In this document: positions 41,094 to 50,940 of the stretch, in pieces
Position numbering within the stretch: position 1 is the first letter of the stretch
Layout of the letters: every line of letters begins with the position of its first letter
Source of the DNA: an uncultured virus (IMG/VR IMGVR_UViG_3300030294_000014)
Taxonomy: Duplodnaviria > Heunggongvirae > Uroviricota > Caudoviricetes
DNA length: 64,000 bases
IMG/VR virus record: IMGVR_UViG_3300030294_000014
Reading direction: 5' to 3' (one strand)
Translations under genes and position numbers: made by a program
Notes under the pieces: model-generated
Databases searched by the model: none
Told to the model about the DNA's origin: nothing
What the model saw: the letters and a program-made list of their open reading frames with translations, nothing else

Positions 41094-41855
41094 TTATTTC
41101 AAAAGTTTAACCTTACCCGCTTTTTCTTTATACGACGAACTTACTTGTTTATGCAATTCAGTATTCTTCCCATCATTGAAACCGTTAGAATATGAATTAT
41201 TAATTTTAGTTGTAAAACTACGCCCGTTAACGGGATGATACTTATGAGAAATATATTCTTCTATCTCATATTTATTTCTTACAACTAAAGAAGTAATCTT
41301 TGAACTCAAAACTTCATCTTCTTTTTTGTCTTTATCACTTTCTTCTTGAAGCTTATAATCTAAGCCGTCAGCACATCCTACTAAGTAGCTTCTTTGGTAT
41401 TTATCTTTTCCAATAGGTCTATTAATATATTCCTCCGTCTTTTGATATTCCTTAAATCTAATTTTAGAAAGATAAACAAATTTATCTGAAAGAAAGTCGC
41501 GAAGCCACTTGACGGTTTCCAAATTTTCCTTTTTACCAAAGATTAACAAATTTTTAGTAGATTTATTTAAAGTAAAACATTTACAAAAATTCCATTTACA
41601 AATAACTGTTAAAAGCCTAAATTCCCAAATTCCTCCTATACTTTTATAAGTATAGCCGCTTGTCGGCTCTTCTAGCACATTATCTACTTTTTCGGTTTTT
41701 CTTTCTACCTCTTCCATAGATATATTATATTGAACTAAAAGTCTTTGAATAGCGGCAGCGGCGGCGTTAGCTTCTTCCTCTGATTTAATTTCCTTAGCTC
41801 CTTCATAAAGAGCTTTCAATTTCTTCAATTTTCCTAATACATTATCTAATTCCAT
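41094..41855 (-). CDS. DUF2786-domain protein
   Basis: KLKKLKAL...EEEANAAAAAIQRLLVQYNI pattern. Confidence 0.75.
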   Translation of the reverse strand: MELDNVLGKLKKLKALYEGAKEIKSEEEANAAAAAIQRLLVQYNISMEEVERKTEKVDNVLEEPTSGYTYKSIGGIWEFRLLTVICKWNFCKCFTLNKSTKNLLIFGKKENLETVKWLRDFLSDKFVYLSKIRFKEYQKTEEYINRPIGKDKYQRSYLVGCADGLDYKLQEESDKDKKEDEVLSSKITSLVVRNKYEIEEYISHKYHPVNGRSFTTKINNSYSNGFNDGKNTELHKQVSSSYKEKAGKVKLLK

Positions 41856-41875
41856 AATAAAATATTATTATATGT

Positions 41876-42064
41876 TTATATTTTACGTAAATTTGCAACA
41901 AAAACTTTCCTAGAAGATTCTCTATTTCTTTTGCACCAATCAAAATGAACTAAATAAAAATTGCTATCTAAAATTTCTGTTACAATCCCTGAAACTTCAT
42001 CTTTTTTATCACAATTTTTAAAACCTTGATAAATTACTCTTTCTCCGACTAAAAATTTTTCCAT
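41876..42064 (-). CDS. Small SH3-like hypothetical protein
   Basis: FLVGERV...GIVTEI...YLVHFD. Confidence 0.55.
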   Translation of the reverse strand: MEKFLVGERVIYQGFKNCDKKDEVSGIVTEILDSNFYLVHFDWCKRNRESSRKVFVANLRKI

Positions 42065-42178
42065 AATATTATTCCTTTACATTTTGTTCGTATATTGATC
42101 TTTTTTGTTTCGTAATTAATAGAATATTTCTTCATTATATTTTGCCCGTCATGCCGATAGCGAAGCGTAAATTATTAT

Positions 42179-42490
42179 TTAATAATTTCTTTTAATTGGT
42201 TTCTTTGCTTGTAATTCAAAAATAATTCTTCTTGAAGATAATTCATCGCTTCCTTCCTTGATTTCATATCCTCCGTACCAAATATTTGGTACTCTGAAAT
42301 CTGATCCTTCAGGAGTACTGCATGAAATACAATCAATTCTTATCGAACAATTTTGATCTGAAATAATATCCCCTAATTCAAACTTATGAGAAGATTCAAC
42401 ATATTCTTGAAGAATTGTTTCTTTTGCTATTCTTAAAGCTTGCATTTTAGCTACAAGAATTTGTTCAGCAGATAATTTTTTAGTTTCCAT
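42179..42490 (-). CDS. Hypothetical protein
   Basis: 103 aa ORF. Confidence 0.6.
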   Translation of the reverse strand: METKKLSAEQILVAKMQALRIAKETILQEYVESSHKFELGDIISDQNCSIRIDCISCSTPEGSDFRVPNIWYGGYEIKEGSDELSSRRIIFELQAKKPIKRNY

Positions 42491-42518
42491 GATGTTTTGT
42501 TTAATAATTTATAATCTT

Positions 42519-42803
42519 CTAATCTTTCCAAGTGTAATCAATTACATATTCATATCCCATAGAAAGTTTCTTTACTTCCTTGTCCTCTCCCTTACAAACT
42601 AATGACTTATCTTTCCATGTTTTCTTTTTATCCTCAGGAGAAAAAGTCATAGAATAAACTATATCGGTTTTAGTTCTTTGTACAACCTTTAAATCCATCA
42701 TATTTCTTTGATCACTATCCATTGTTTCAATAAATCTACTAATTTCATCAAGTACTATTGAATTCATACTGATGACGCTTACTATTAATTCTTGTTTAAT
42801 CAT
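42519..42803 (-). CDS. Hypothetical protein
   Basis: 94 aa ORF. Confidence 0.6.
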   Translation of the reverse strand: MIKQELIVSVISMNSIVLDEISRFIETMDSDQRNMMDLKVVQRTKTDIVYSMTFSPEDKKKTWKDKSLVCKGEDKEVKKLSMGYEYVIDYTWKD

Positions 42804-42838
42804 GATGTTTATATTTAAATGTTTATATTATTAGTTGA

Positions 42839-43030
42839 TTAACCTCGTACTCCACCGTTGTATATTCTCTTTAATTTTCCATTACCATACTTTCTATAGT
42901 TAGGCGTATCTTCTTCGAATAAACGGTATGCCTCTGCGATATTAGATGCGCAATAATTAATCTTCGCACGCCTACCCATTGAATCTATTATTTCGTAATA
43001 GTTATCTTGTTTTGATTTTAAAGTTTTCAT
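42839..43030 (-). CDS. Small early hypothetical protein
   Basis: 63 aa ORF directly downstream of host-type promoter. Confidence 0.6.
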   Translation of the reverse strand: MKTLKSKQDNYYEIIDSMGRRAKINYCASNIAEAYRLFEEDTPNYRKYGNGKLKRIYNGGVRG

Positions 43031-43064
43031 AATCTTTATTCTTTAATTGTTTATATATCTTTTC

Positions 43065-43152
43065 AACAATACAAATATACGGACTTCTTGTTAAAGAAAA
43101 AAACTTTTTGTTAATTATTTTTGATTTTACCCAAAGATTTAACTTCTATTTA
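43065..43152 (-). promoter_or_regulatory. Early promoter repeat, copy 1 (Bacteroidota -7 TAnnTTTG)
   Basis: TATATTTG on minus strand at 43072-43079; near-identical to 60842-60929. Confidence 0.75.
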
Positions 43153-43157
43153 ATAAA

Positions 43158-43182
43158 ATAAGGAGCTCAATGAGCTCCTTAT
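43158..43182 (-). terminator. Intrinsic terminator
   Basis: ATAAGGAGCTC aat GAGCTCCTTAT perfect hairpin. Confidence 0.8.
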
Positions 43183-43207
43183 AATGAAACAAAAATTAAA
43201 AAATGAA

Positions 43208-43489
43208 TCAAATATTTAAAATCAAATTATTTTGTTCAGAAAGTTCAACTAATTTTTTTTCTGTAGGAATCCAACCGCAAACAAATACTATTTTGAACCC
43301 TAGAGCTAAAGAAGCTTTATGCCAAGCGGTCGTTAAAATCTTAAAACGTTTATCTTTCATATACATATCAAAATCAGATACAGATATTTCATAATAACCA
43401 TCTTTAGAAAAAGTAGAATATGAAATTACACCTTCTTTAAGACTTTCTATTTTCTTCAAAATATTTAATACAAACGCGTCTTTATTCAT
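43208..43489 (-). CDS. Hypothetical protein
   Basis: 93 aa, overlaps RNR stop. Confidence 0.6.
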   Translation of the reverse strand: MNKDAFVLNILKKIESLKEGVISYSTFSKDGYYEISVSDFDMYMKDKRFKILTTAWHKASLALGFKIVFVCGWIPTEKKLVELSEQNNLILNI

Positions 43490-45411
43490 CTTATCTCACA
43501 AGCTCCTCCAGAACATCCTACAGCTACCATATCTCCAGAAAATATATCTCCTCTATCACTCATTATAGAATGAAAGTCAACTCCATTTTTATCAATATAC
43601 TCTTTGATAGAATTGAATTCATTTTTGGTTTCCTTAGAAGAAAGTCTCTGGAATGGAGCGTTATCATAGATTTGATCACCGTGTTTAGGCAATAAAGAAA
43701 CTCCCGTAAATAAATAGTCATTAGTAAATAAAACAGAAGCTACTTCATCCCATTCTTCATCTGAAACTTCAACTGTTGCCGAAACATTATTTGGTATAGT
43801 TTTATTTTCTAAACTTCCTTTGTTTATCCAATAATGTTTTACCATACTTATAAATTTCAAATGTTCAATAGCTGTTACATCATCTTTAACTACCAAATCT
43901 TTATTCATTGATTCGATAGGGAAACTAATAACCGCTTCATCCCCTCTTAATACTTTTACCAAAGGAGTATCTTTCAATGCTTTGAACTCTGGACTATAAG
44001 TTTTAATCCTAACTCTTCTAATATATTTATGAGCGTGAGCAGGATGTATCCCACTACAATATAATCCCAAAATGCTTGAAGCGTTCCCCGACGGCTTTAT
44101 AGTAGTACAAGTTCGGCTTTTATTTATACCAAACTCTAAAGCATATTTAATATTGGTTTTCGCTACTATCTTAGCCCCCTCTCTTAATATCTCACCTCTT
44201 AAGATAGGATTGGCATAAATGCCTGTAATGCTCACTCCAATAGCTCTATCTCGTTCAGCTATCTCCTGAGAAGATGAAGAAAGATATTTAAAATCAGTAT
44301 AAAGTGATTGCATAGTTGCTACAAAAGAAGCTATTTCGCAAACTTCAAAAAAGTCTTCTTTGGTTTTAACTCTCTCGGCATTAATTTCTACCAAATTGCA
44401 AAATGCGAAACCCGTTTTTCCATTTATATTAGGTTTCATTACAATCTCGGCACAGGGATTAACCGTATACTCAAAATTCTTTACATTTACAAATCCAGGC
44501 TCCCCAAATTGTCTTATTACAGATAACTTTTCCTTAAGCTCTTGATATTTCAACGGTTTATCTAAGGATGTAAGTATACTATTATTGGCCATAGCTCTTT
44601 GAGAATTTTCTTCCCACCAATTACCTGTTTTGGCTCTCATCATCAGTTCATCTTCTTTATCAAATAGAGCTATCATAGCTGAACGACGAACTCCCCCGCT
44701 AACTACACTATCGGCGATATAGCAAATTATATCATGTATTTCTATGCTCTTAAGCTTTCTTCCTTGAGCTAATAACATTACTTCTTTTATTTTATTATGA
44801 GCCTTTATTAATGGCTCTGGTCCAGGAGCAACAAATTTATTATCAATAAGTTCTCCCTCTTTTCTTATCTTGCCAAAATACATATCTGGTAATTCTCCTT
44901 CAAATAGAGAATTCATTAACTCCTTTATAGAATCTCCCCAACCTTCTATCGAATCTTCAACTACAAATAAGTTCCTTCTTTCTCCGCTATTTTTCTTCAC
45001 TTCGGGAAGTTTGTTTATATAATCCTTATGTAAAGAATATCCAACTCCGCAACCACACAATAACAAATACATTATTTCTCCAAAAACTTCAACTCTATCA
45101 ATGTATGTGCTACAACAATTATACATCTTAGTCTCATGTTTCAAAATTCCGCTATTTTTATTTGGAGAAGCAAATTGCCTACCTCGTTGAGAAGAAAGTA
45201 TTTTCTTATCATACTCAAGTTCCTTCGCCTTAAGTATCATCCCCCCTACATCAGAAGTAAACAAGTTTAACTCAGAAAGTTTAATTTCGTGCATATTATA
45301 TATCCTATCTATCGTTTCTCTCCAATCTTCCAAATTACCATCTGACTTTCTCTGAGAATACTTAGAAAGAAATACATAATCCGCTAATAAATCAATACCA
45401 CTCTTTTCCAT
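43486..45411 (-). CDS. nrdJ: Class II (B12-dependent, monomeric RTPR-type) ribonucleotide reductase
   Basis: YNCC, SGGVRRSA, NPCAEI, FCNL, TTIKPSG and C-terminal CSGGACEI motifs. Confidence 0.9.
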   Translation of the reverse strand: MEKSGIDLLADYVFLSKYSQRKSDGNLEDWRETIDRIYNMHEIKLSELNLFTSDVGGMILKAKELEYDKKILSSQRGRQFASPNKNSGILKHETKMYNCCSTYIDRVEVFGEIMYLLLCGCGVGYSLHKDYINKLPEVKKNSGERRNLFVVEDSIEGWGDSIKELMNSLFEGELPDMYFGKIRKEGELIDNKFVAPGPEPLIKAHNKIKEVMLLAQGRKLKSIEIHDIICYIADSVVSGGVRRSAMIALFDKEDELMMRAKTGNWWEENSQRAMANNSILTSLDKPLKYQELKEKLSVIRQFGEPGFVNVKNFEYTVNPCAEIVMKPNINGKTGFAFCNLVEINAERVKTKEDFFEVCEIASFVATMQSLYTDFKYLSSSSQEIAERDRAIGVSITGIYANPILRGEILREGAKIVAKTNIKYALEFGINKSRTCTTIKPSGNASSILGLYCSGIHPAHAHKYIRRVRIKTYSPEFKALKDTPLVKVLRGDEAVISFPIESMNKDLVVKDDVTAIEHLKFISMVKHYWINKGSLENKTIPNNVSATVEVSDEEWDEVASVLFTNDYLFTGVSLLPKHGDQIYDNAPFQRLSSKETKNEFNSIKEYIDKNGVDFHSIMSDRGDIFSGDMVAVGCSGGACEIR

Positions 45412-45418
45412 ATATTTT

Positions 45419-45976
45419 TTATTTTTTTTGTTCTTTTAATAAATCAAGATGAACATTCTCATCAGCTACTATTTTTGAAATTAATTGAAGGGCTATTTTA
45501 ACAGTATTCGTTTCCTCTACCTTTTTTAACTTAACTTCTATTTTCCCATAAAATTCTATGGCCTTTTCTTCTGCCTTAATTGCTATTTGTACCGCTTCTT
45601 TAGAATCTTTCCCAATAGTTACGCTTGAATTATTAAATTTTTGGTCAATTCTTCCTCCTATTTTTTTTATAAAATCGCAAAGTTTGGAATAATGCTTCAT
45701 TTCCGTTAAAGCTATTCCCAACATTAATTCTCCAATATCTTCAAAAGTAGATTCTTGAGAAGTGTACATATGTATAGAAGTTAATTCAGAAAAATCATTT
45801 TGTCCATTATTAGCCGAATAAAACCATTCCGCTAAAACTCCGTCGTCAGATTTTGCTTTATTAAAACTAGGATATTCAATCTTAGAATCATTATACTTCA
45901 TAACATTTACTAAAGCGTCGGTTAAATTATCAACGGCATTAGTTTTTTCGTTTTTCTTTAAAATAAATTCTTCCAT
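45419..45976 (-). CDS. Ferritin-like di-metal protein (rubrerythrin/bacterioferritin/Mn-catalase-like)
   Basis: ELTSIHMY, EMKH, EEKAIEFY and DENVH paired ExxH ligands. Confidence 0.8.
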   Translation of the reverse strand: MEEFILKKNEKTNAVDNLTDALVNVMKYNDSKIEYPSFNKAKSDDGVLAEWFYSANNGQNDFSELTSIHMYTSQESTFEDIGELMLGIALTEMKHYSKLCDFIKKIGGRIDQKFNNSSVTIGKDSKEAVQIAIKAEEKAIEFYGKIEVKLKKVEETNTVKIALQLISKIVADENVHLDLLKEQKK

Positions 45977-46025
45977 ATTTTTTTACTTTTTATAGATGAA
46001 TTATTCTTACTATTTAATAAAATTA

Positions 46026-46055
46026 ATTGGGGCGGTCAATTAAGTCCGTCCCAAT
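46026..46055 (-). terminator. Intrinsic terminator-like hairpin
   Basis: ATTGGGGCGG...CCGTCCCAAT. Confidence 0.65.
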
Positions 46056-46081
46056 AACATAACATTATAAACATTTTAATA

Positions 46082-46522
46082 TCATATCCCTGTATGACCA
46101 AAACCTCCTGCGCCACGTTCAGTTTTTTCGGTAAAAAAAGATTCAAATTCAAATGTCGCTTGAACTACATTTTCTACAAAAACAAACTGAGCAATTCTTT
46201 CTCCTCTTATAAAAGAAACTGATTCATCACCCTCGTTTATTAATAAAATATTGCATTCCCCCTGATAATCAGAATCAATTGTTCCAGGAGAATTAATGCA
46301 AGTCACCCCATATTTAAGAGCTAAACCGCTTCTTGGTCTAACTTGAACTTCAACGTCTTCGGGAAGTTGCATATAAATTCCTGTATGTATAAGTTTTCTT
46401 TCTCTGGGCTTAAGAATAAAATCTTCATTAGATTTAACATCTGCGCCAGAACTTCTGGGAGTTGAATAAAATGGAACCTGTCCGCCATCCTTCAAAATAA
46501 TCTTAATAACTCTTTGTTTCAT
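46082..46522 (-). CDS. dut: Trimeric dUTPase
   Basis: SGADV, RPRSGLA, GTIDSDYQG, RIAQ and RGAGGFGHTG (motifs 1-5). Confidence 0.97.
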   Translation of the reverse strand: MKQRVIKIILKDGGQVPFYSTPRSSGADVKSNEDFILKPRERKLIHTGIYMQLPEDVEVQVRPRSGLALKYGVTCINSPGTIDSDYQGECNILLINEGDESVSFIRGERIAQFVFVENVVQATFEFESFFTEKTERGAGGFGHTGI

Positions 46523-46593
46523 TTTTTATTATTTTTTTTGTTTTTAATTCTTCCTAAAATATAACCTTGATATAGTTTTTATCTCTTCTATTA

Positions 46594-48288
46594 TTAACCA
46601 ATAAACGTATATTTGAAACCAGTTGTTATTAAATTTGCCGCTAATTTAGCCAACCAAAATGAAGAACTTATATCGTCATGATCTGAAACACTTTGTAACC
46701 CATGTTCTGTAAATGCTACTGAACCTAAATCACTAAAAATCAAATCTTTGGCATTTTGAGAATATGCATCTCCAACAGGTATATGTATTTTGCCCCTTTC
46801 CATATCTATGGCCAACCCTGGCCAACCTGTTTTAAGATCATATTTATCTATTCCCGTAGTATGCCCGACTACCGGCAACCCCTGCTTATCTGATTCTTGA
46901 ACAAATATTTGTTGAAAAGTATTTTGTTCCATCACAATAGTATTAGGTCTGAATCTAGCATTTAGCCCCTTTAAAATTTGCATTTGTTCATGAAATGTTT
47001 TGCCCTTATCTCGGTACATATTTAATAACCATCTCTCTCCCGTATCTCCATCAACTCCCCAAGTTGTAAATACAGTATAATCTGCTCCAACATTCGCTGA
47101 AATAGCGAAGTCACATCCCATTACTACCTTATCGAATTTTATTGGAAAATCGTCTCTATTCCTAACTAACGTATAATTTTCCATTCTTAATAAAGAACGC
47201 TCAAGAATATTTAATGGAAATATAGAAGATTCATTTGTAATAGGTCTACATAAATTTTCTCTTGAAAATATTATATTTCCTTGACTTTGTTTTTTATCCA
47301 TAAGGTCAGAAAAACTCCAACGTTGTGGCCATAAAATTCTTCCATCTGGAAATATTGCTGGGTATTCTATTACAAACCAACCTTTTTCGTCTTTTGTTGC
47401 CTTACTTTTTAAATCGCCGTATAAATCAGCCGCATGGAATGGAGTTCCTACTACAATTATTTGACCTCCCGGAACAAGCATATTCATAATAACAGAATGA
47501 AAATAATCAGTGCTCTTCTGACGTTGTAAAGAGCTATATATTACGTTATCTTTCAATCCGTCATCAACTACTATCCAATACGGGTGAGCACCACGTACGG
47601 ATGACCCAAAACCCTTACAGGTTAATCTCGCTCCGTTCTTACAAGATATATTAGTACTTGCCCACGCTCCATCATTTCTTGAGTTCGGATAGAGCCTATC
47701 TTTCAATATGTCATTCCCTTCGATAGTCCCCTTAAGAATTTCCATTAAATCTACAGACTGTTGCAAAGAATAACTAAATAAATATCCACGATTAGAATTT
47801 GACTTTGAAGGTCTTGCTGAAAATCTTCCGCTTTTAGGCTTAGAATATTTGTATAATTGCCAAGCGGGATAAGCATTGGAAAAATAAAAAGACTTTCCGT
47901 GATCTCTAGCTGCATTTATACATAACTTTCTATGCCTATGAACAAGGTCTCCCCACTCTAAATGATGCCAAGATAACTGAAAATCAGGCATAACCGACGT
48001 TATAAAATAAGTCAAATTTCTTGACCTTAAAACCTCTTCTATAGAAAGTGAAAGTCTTTCTTCATATTTAGGAGAAAAATCAATATTGGGGTCTCCTGTG
48101 AACATTACTTGATAGGCGTCTTTCATTAAATTATCAATCACCCAATCAATATCTCCCTGAGAACCTTGCATTAATTCTAAAACGCCCTTATCATCCATTC
48201 CGTCGATTATTTCATCAACGACGTCAAGGCATTCTAACCTATGCATAGGAGATTGAAGAAGAGTGACATTTGAACCTATATCTAACAT
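46594..48288 (-). CDS. terL: Terminase large subunit
   Basis: AARDHGKS Walker A, IVVDD Walker B, VGTP, GCDFAIS...DYT and HDD nuclease motifs. Confidence 0.93.
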   Translation of the reverse strand: MLDIGSNVTLLQSPMHRLECLDVVDEIIDGMDDKGVLELMQGSQGDIDWVIDNLMKDAYQVMFTGDPNIDFSPKYEERLSLSIEEVLRSRNLTYFITSVMPDFQLSWHHLEWGDLVHRHRKLCINAARDHGKSFYFSNAYPAWQLYKYSKPKSGRFSARPSKSNSNRGYLFSYSLQQSVDLMEILKGTIEGNDILKDRLYPNSRNDGAWASTNISCKNGARLTCKGFGSSVRGAHPYWIVVDDGLKDNVIYSSLQRQKSTDYFHSVIMNMLVPGGQIIVVGTPFHAADLYGDLKSKATKDEKGWFVIEYPAIFPDGRILWPQRWSFSDLMDKKQSQGNIIFSRENLCRPITNESSIFPLNILERSLLRMENYTLVRNRDDFPIKFDKVVMGCDFAISANVGADYTVFTTWGVDGDTGERWLLNMYRDKGKTFHEQMQILKGLNARFRPNTIVMEQNTFQQIFVQESDKQGLPVVGHTTGIDKYDLKTGWPGLAIDMERGKIHIPVGDAYSQNAKDLIFSDLGSVAFTEHGLQSVSDHDDISSSFWLAKLAANLITTGFKYTFIG

Positions 48289-48317
48289 AATTACGATTAT
48301 TCTTTTTATACAACAAA

Positions 48318-48352
48318 AGCTAACGAGAGAAATATTATAAATCTCGTTAGCT
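48318..48352 (-). terminator. Terminator-like hairpin upstream of terL
   Basis: AGCTAACGAGA...TCTCGTTAGCT. Confidence 0.65.
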
Positions 48353-48375
48353 CTATTATTTATACTTGAAAATAC

Positions 48376-49122
48376 TTACTTACCGTACTTAATTCTCTTA
48401 TGTATAAGAATCTCTAAATTTATACGAGCTTCGGATTGTTCTTTATAGGTTAAAGTGTTGTCCGAAGCTATCGACGAATTATATCTAAGAATGTCATTAT
48501 TCAATACATCGCAAATGGACATAATTTCCTTTTCGATAGATTTATGGCAACTCTTCTTATCGAAATTTAATTTGAACTCATAATTCCCCTTAGTAAATTC
48601 TACCAATCCAAATGCTCTCAATAATTCTAGTATCTTACTAGCATTACTGTGAGTAAGATTTGTTTTCTTTACCACTTCTACTCTCGTGAAAATTCGGTCT
48701 TCGGATGATTCGATAGCTCCGTTAACCGTTAGAATATTCCAAAGTTTCTGACACTGTTGTTCAGCGTGAATACGATTTGAAGTATCATCTAAAAATTCGC
48801 CTATACTTTTTGCTTTAGGCTCTTTAGTCTTAAGATAATCAAATATGATTCTATCTTCAAGAACTACCACTTCAACTCCATTTCGTTTCGAAGAATCTAA
48901 AACATCTTTTGAAACTCTAGGATTCAAACACGACAATAAAATAACAGACTGTTCGGGAGAAAGTTGTTGTTTAACTTCAGGTTGTACTTCCTTTTTACTT
49001 AAAAATGAAGATTTTTCAACCTCTTTAATCTTTTCTTTTTCCATCTTAGCAGCTTCAATTTCAGCTTTTGTTCTCCTTTTTCTTTTCTTAGGAGTTTCTT
49101 GGTTATTCAATTCATTTGGCAT
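48376..49122 (-). CDS. Putative DNA-binding protein (winged HTH)
   Basis: KKRKRRTKAEIEAAK N-terminus; RVEVVKKTNLTHSNASKILELLRAFGLVEF HTH-like segment. Confidence 0.55.
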   Translation of the reverse strand: MPNELNNQETPKKRKRRTKAEIEAAKMEKEKIKEVEKSSFLSKKEVQPEVKQQLSPEQSVILLSCLNPRVSKDVLDSSKRNGVEVVVLEDRIIFDYLKTKEPKAKSIGEFLDDTSNRIHAEQQCQKLWNILTVNGAIESSEDRIFTRVEVVKKTNLTHSNASKILELLRAFGLVEFTKGNYEFKLNFDKKSCHKSIEKEIMSICDVLNNDILRYNSSIASDNTLTYKEQSEARINLEILIHKRIKYGK

Positions 49123-49155
49123 AATAATTTTTATTTGTTATTCATTATAACTTTG

Positions 49156-49818
49156 TTATTTAGCTCCACATTTAAATTCAAAAAAGTCTTTTCCCCTAAG
49201 TCTAGTTTTATTTTCCAAAGAAACTGTATCTCCTTTCTTAGAACGAAGTTTCCTCATAAACCATCTTAATAAATCGGCAGTTGCTTCAACATCATTCATA
49301 GCTCCATGAGCATCCGTTATTTTTATTTTAGCAGCTTCGCAAGAAGCCCCCAAATTCAATTTTTCTTGTCCTGTAATACCAAAAGCTAATTTTGCTAATA
49401 CAAATGTATCTATAAAATTAGGATACAACCAATAATCTACAGACAATTTTTTTTCATAGTCTAAAGCATAATTTAGCATTCTTATATCAAACGGAACATT
49501 ATGTCCTACAGAAATTAAACGTCCCATTTCTTTTTTCTTCGCTTTAGCTCTATAAACTTCCCAAAACTCTGTCGCCGTGGCTACAAAATCTTTTATCTTC
49601 ATACCAGAATTTATATCGGACATACTTACCATAGTTCTGTCCAAGGCTCCTTGTTCTATCACTAAATCGGCGTAAGGTTTAACAAAAGTTTCCCATCTGT
49701 CTATCTCCTTTAAAGTCTTTCCATCTAGGATAACGGCAGCATATTGAGTTATTGGATTTTTCGTTTCGTCTAATCCTCCTGTCTCGCAATCAAAAACTAT
49801 ATAATTTGAACGTATCAT
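49156..49818 (-). CDS. DEDDh 3'-5' exonuclease (DnaQ-like)
   Basis: FDCETGG, GHNVPFD and AHGAMND motifs. Confidence 0.92.
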   Translation of the reverse strand: MIRSNYIVFDCETGGLDETKNPITQYAAVILDGKTLKEIDRWETFVKPYADLVIEQGALDRTMVSMSDINSGMKIKDFVATATEFWEVYRAKAKKKEMGRLISVGHNVPFDIRMLNYALDYEKKLSVDYWLYPNFIDTFVLAKLAFGITGQEKLNLGASCEAAKIKITDAHGAMNDVEATADLLRWFMRKLRSKKGDTVSLENKTRLRGKDFFEFKCGAK

Positions 49819-49839
49819 AATATTATTTTATTTATAAGT

Positions 49840-49876
49840 AAACCCATGTACTCTATAACTTTGAATACACGGGTTT
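49840..49876 (-). terminator. Hairpin with promoter-like motif in its loop
   Basis: AAACCC-TGTA...TACA-GGGTTT. Confidence 0.5.
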
Positions 49877-49955
49877 CTATTATTTTGCCCATCTGATAAA
49901 TCTAATTAAATTTTAAGTTTAATTGATCCACAGATTTTTTCTTGGTCAAATGGGC

Positions 49956-50342
49956 TTATATAAAACGACGGGCTAAATTTTTACGAATAAAAAGGCGTTC
50001 ACCTGTACTGTATAATATTTTATTCTTCGTAAGATTTGCCGGAAATGGGGAATATTGTATTTTATTATAAATGTAAAAGTTTTGATAAACGGGATATCCA
50101 AGTTCATTTATAACTACAATACTATTTTGTTGGGTTATATTTGAAACAAGACGTGCATCTGTCCTTTGGCAGAAATTAAAAGTTACGGGCGGCAATGATA
50201 CCACAGCGGAATTAATTACGAATATATTTTTACAAACTTCTGTTTTGAAAATCTTTCCGACATCTTTATCGGAAGGAAATGCTTTTGCAGATACGGTAAA
50301 CAGAAGCATAACCGCAGCAAACAATAACAATAATCTTTTCAT
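49956..50342 (-). CDS. Exported hypothetical protein
   Basis: Signal peptide MKRLLLLFAAVMLLFTVSAKA. Confidence 0.6.
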   Translation of the reverse strand: MKRLLLLFAAVMLLFTVSAKAFPSDKDVGKIFKTEVCKNIFVINSAVVSLPPVTFNFCQRTDARLVSNITQQNSIVVINELGYPVYQNFYIYNKIQYSPFPANLTKNKILYSTGERLFIRKNLARRFI

Positions 50343-50457
50343 TTTTCTTTTAAATGTTTTTATTTTACAATAATTTCTTATGCGAAGATGGAGTAAATCT
50401 TTCTCATTATTGTTAATTCTCCTTTTTATTAAAATTGTATTAGGCTCTTATATTTGA

Positions 50458-50940
50458 TTAAAGATTAATAAAGCCTAAAGCCTTAGCGGTATTAATAATC
50501 ATATTTTTATATTCATCTGGTATACCGAACCTGTAAAAATTTACTTGAATATGTTCTTCAAAAACAGAATTTTCTTGTCTTTCTGAAGCCGCTTTCCAAT
50601 CACATATCATTTCTATTATGTCAAATAGATTCATATCTTTTATACCATTTTTAAAATGTTCTATATGGTGTCTATTGACCATATGGTGATGTTTAACCGC
50701 TTCTTGAAATCTAGGGTCATTTACTTTTTTATAGTACTCTTCACTACCGTATTTGAATTTTCTGAAGTCATTCCCTAATGATTCAAAACCAAACGCTTCT
50801 GGCTCCGATAACTTTGACTCATCGTGTTTGGAACCTCTATTAAGAATAATAACCGCCGATTCTTTCATTAGTTCATTTACCCTACGAATATGTTCTAATG
50901 TCGTTTCTCTTACGCTCTTATTCATAATATCAATTATCAT
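50458..50940 (-). CDS. HD-like protein (DUF5662-like)
   Basis: HDESK, HHHMVNRHHIEHF and EMICDWKAA motifs. Confidence 0.75.
   Translation of the reverse strand: MIIDIMNKSVRETTLEHIRRVNELMKESAVIILNRGSKHDESKLSEPEAFGFESLGNDFRKFKYGSEEYYKKVNDPRFQEAVKHHHMVNRHHIEHFKNGIKDMNLFDIIEMICDWKAASERQENSVFEEHIQVNFYRFGIPDEYKNMIINTAKALGFINL

Noticed and set aside
45419..45976. Class I RNR beta subunit (nrdB)
   Set aside because: Too short (185 aa), and the adjacent RNR has class II features.
46594..48288. Introns or inteins in terL or nrdJ, common in related myoviruses
   Set aside because: Both ORFs are continuous, of normal length and lack intein or homing endonuclease motifs.
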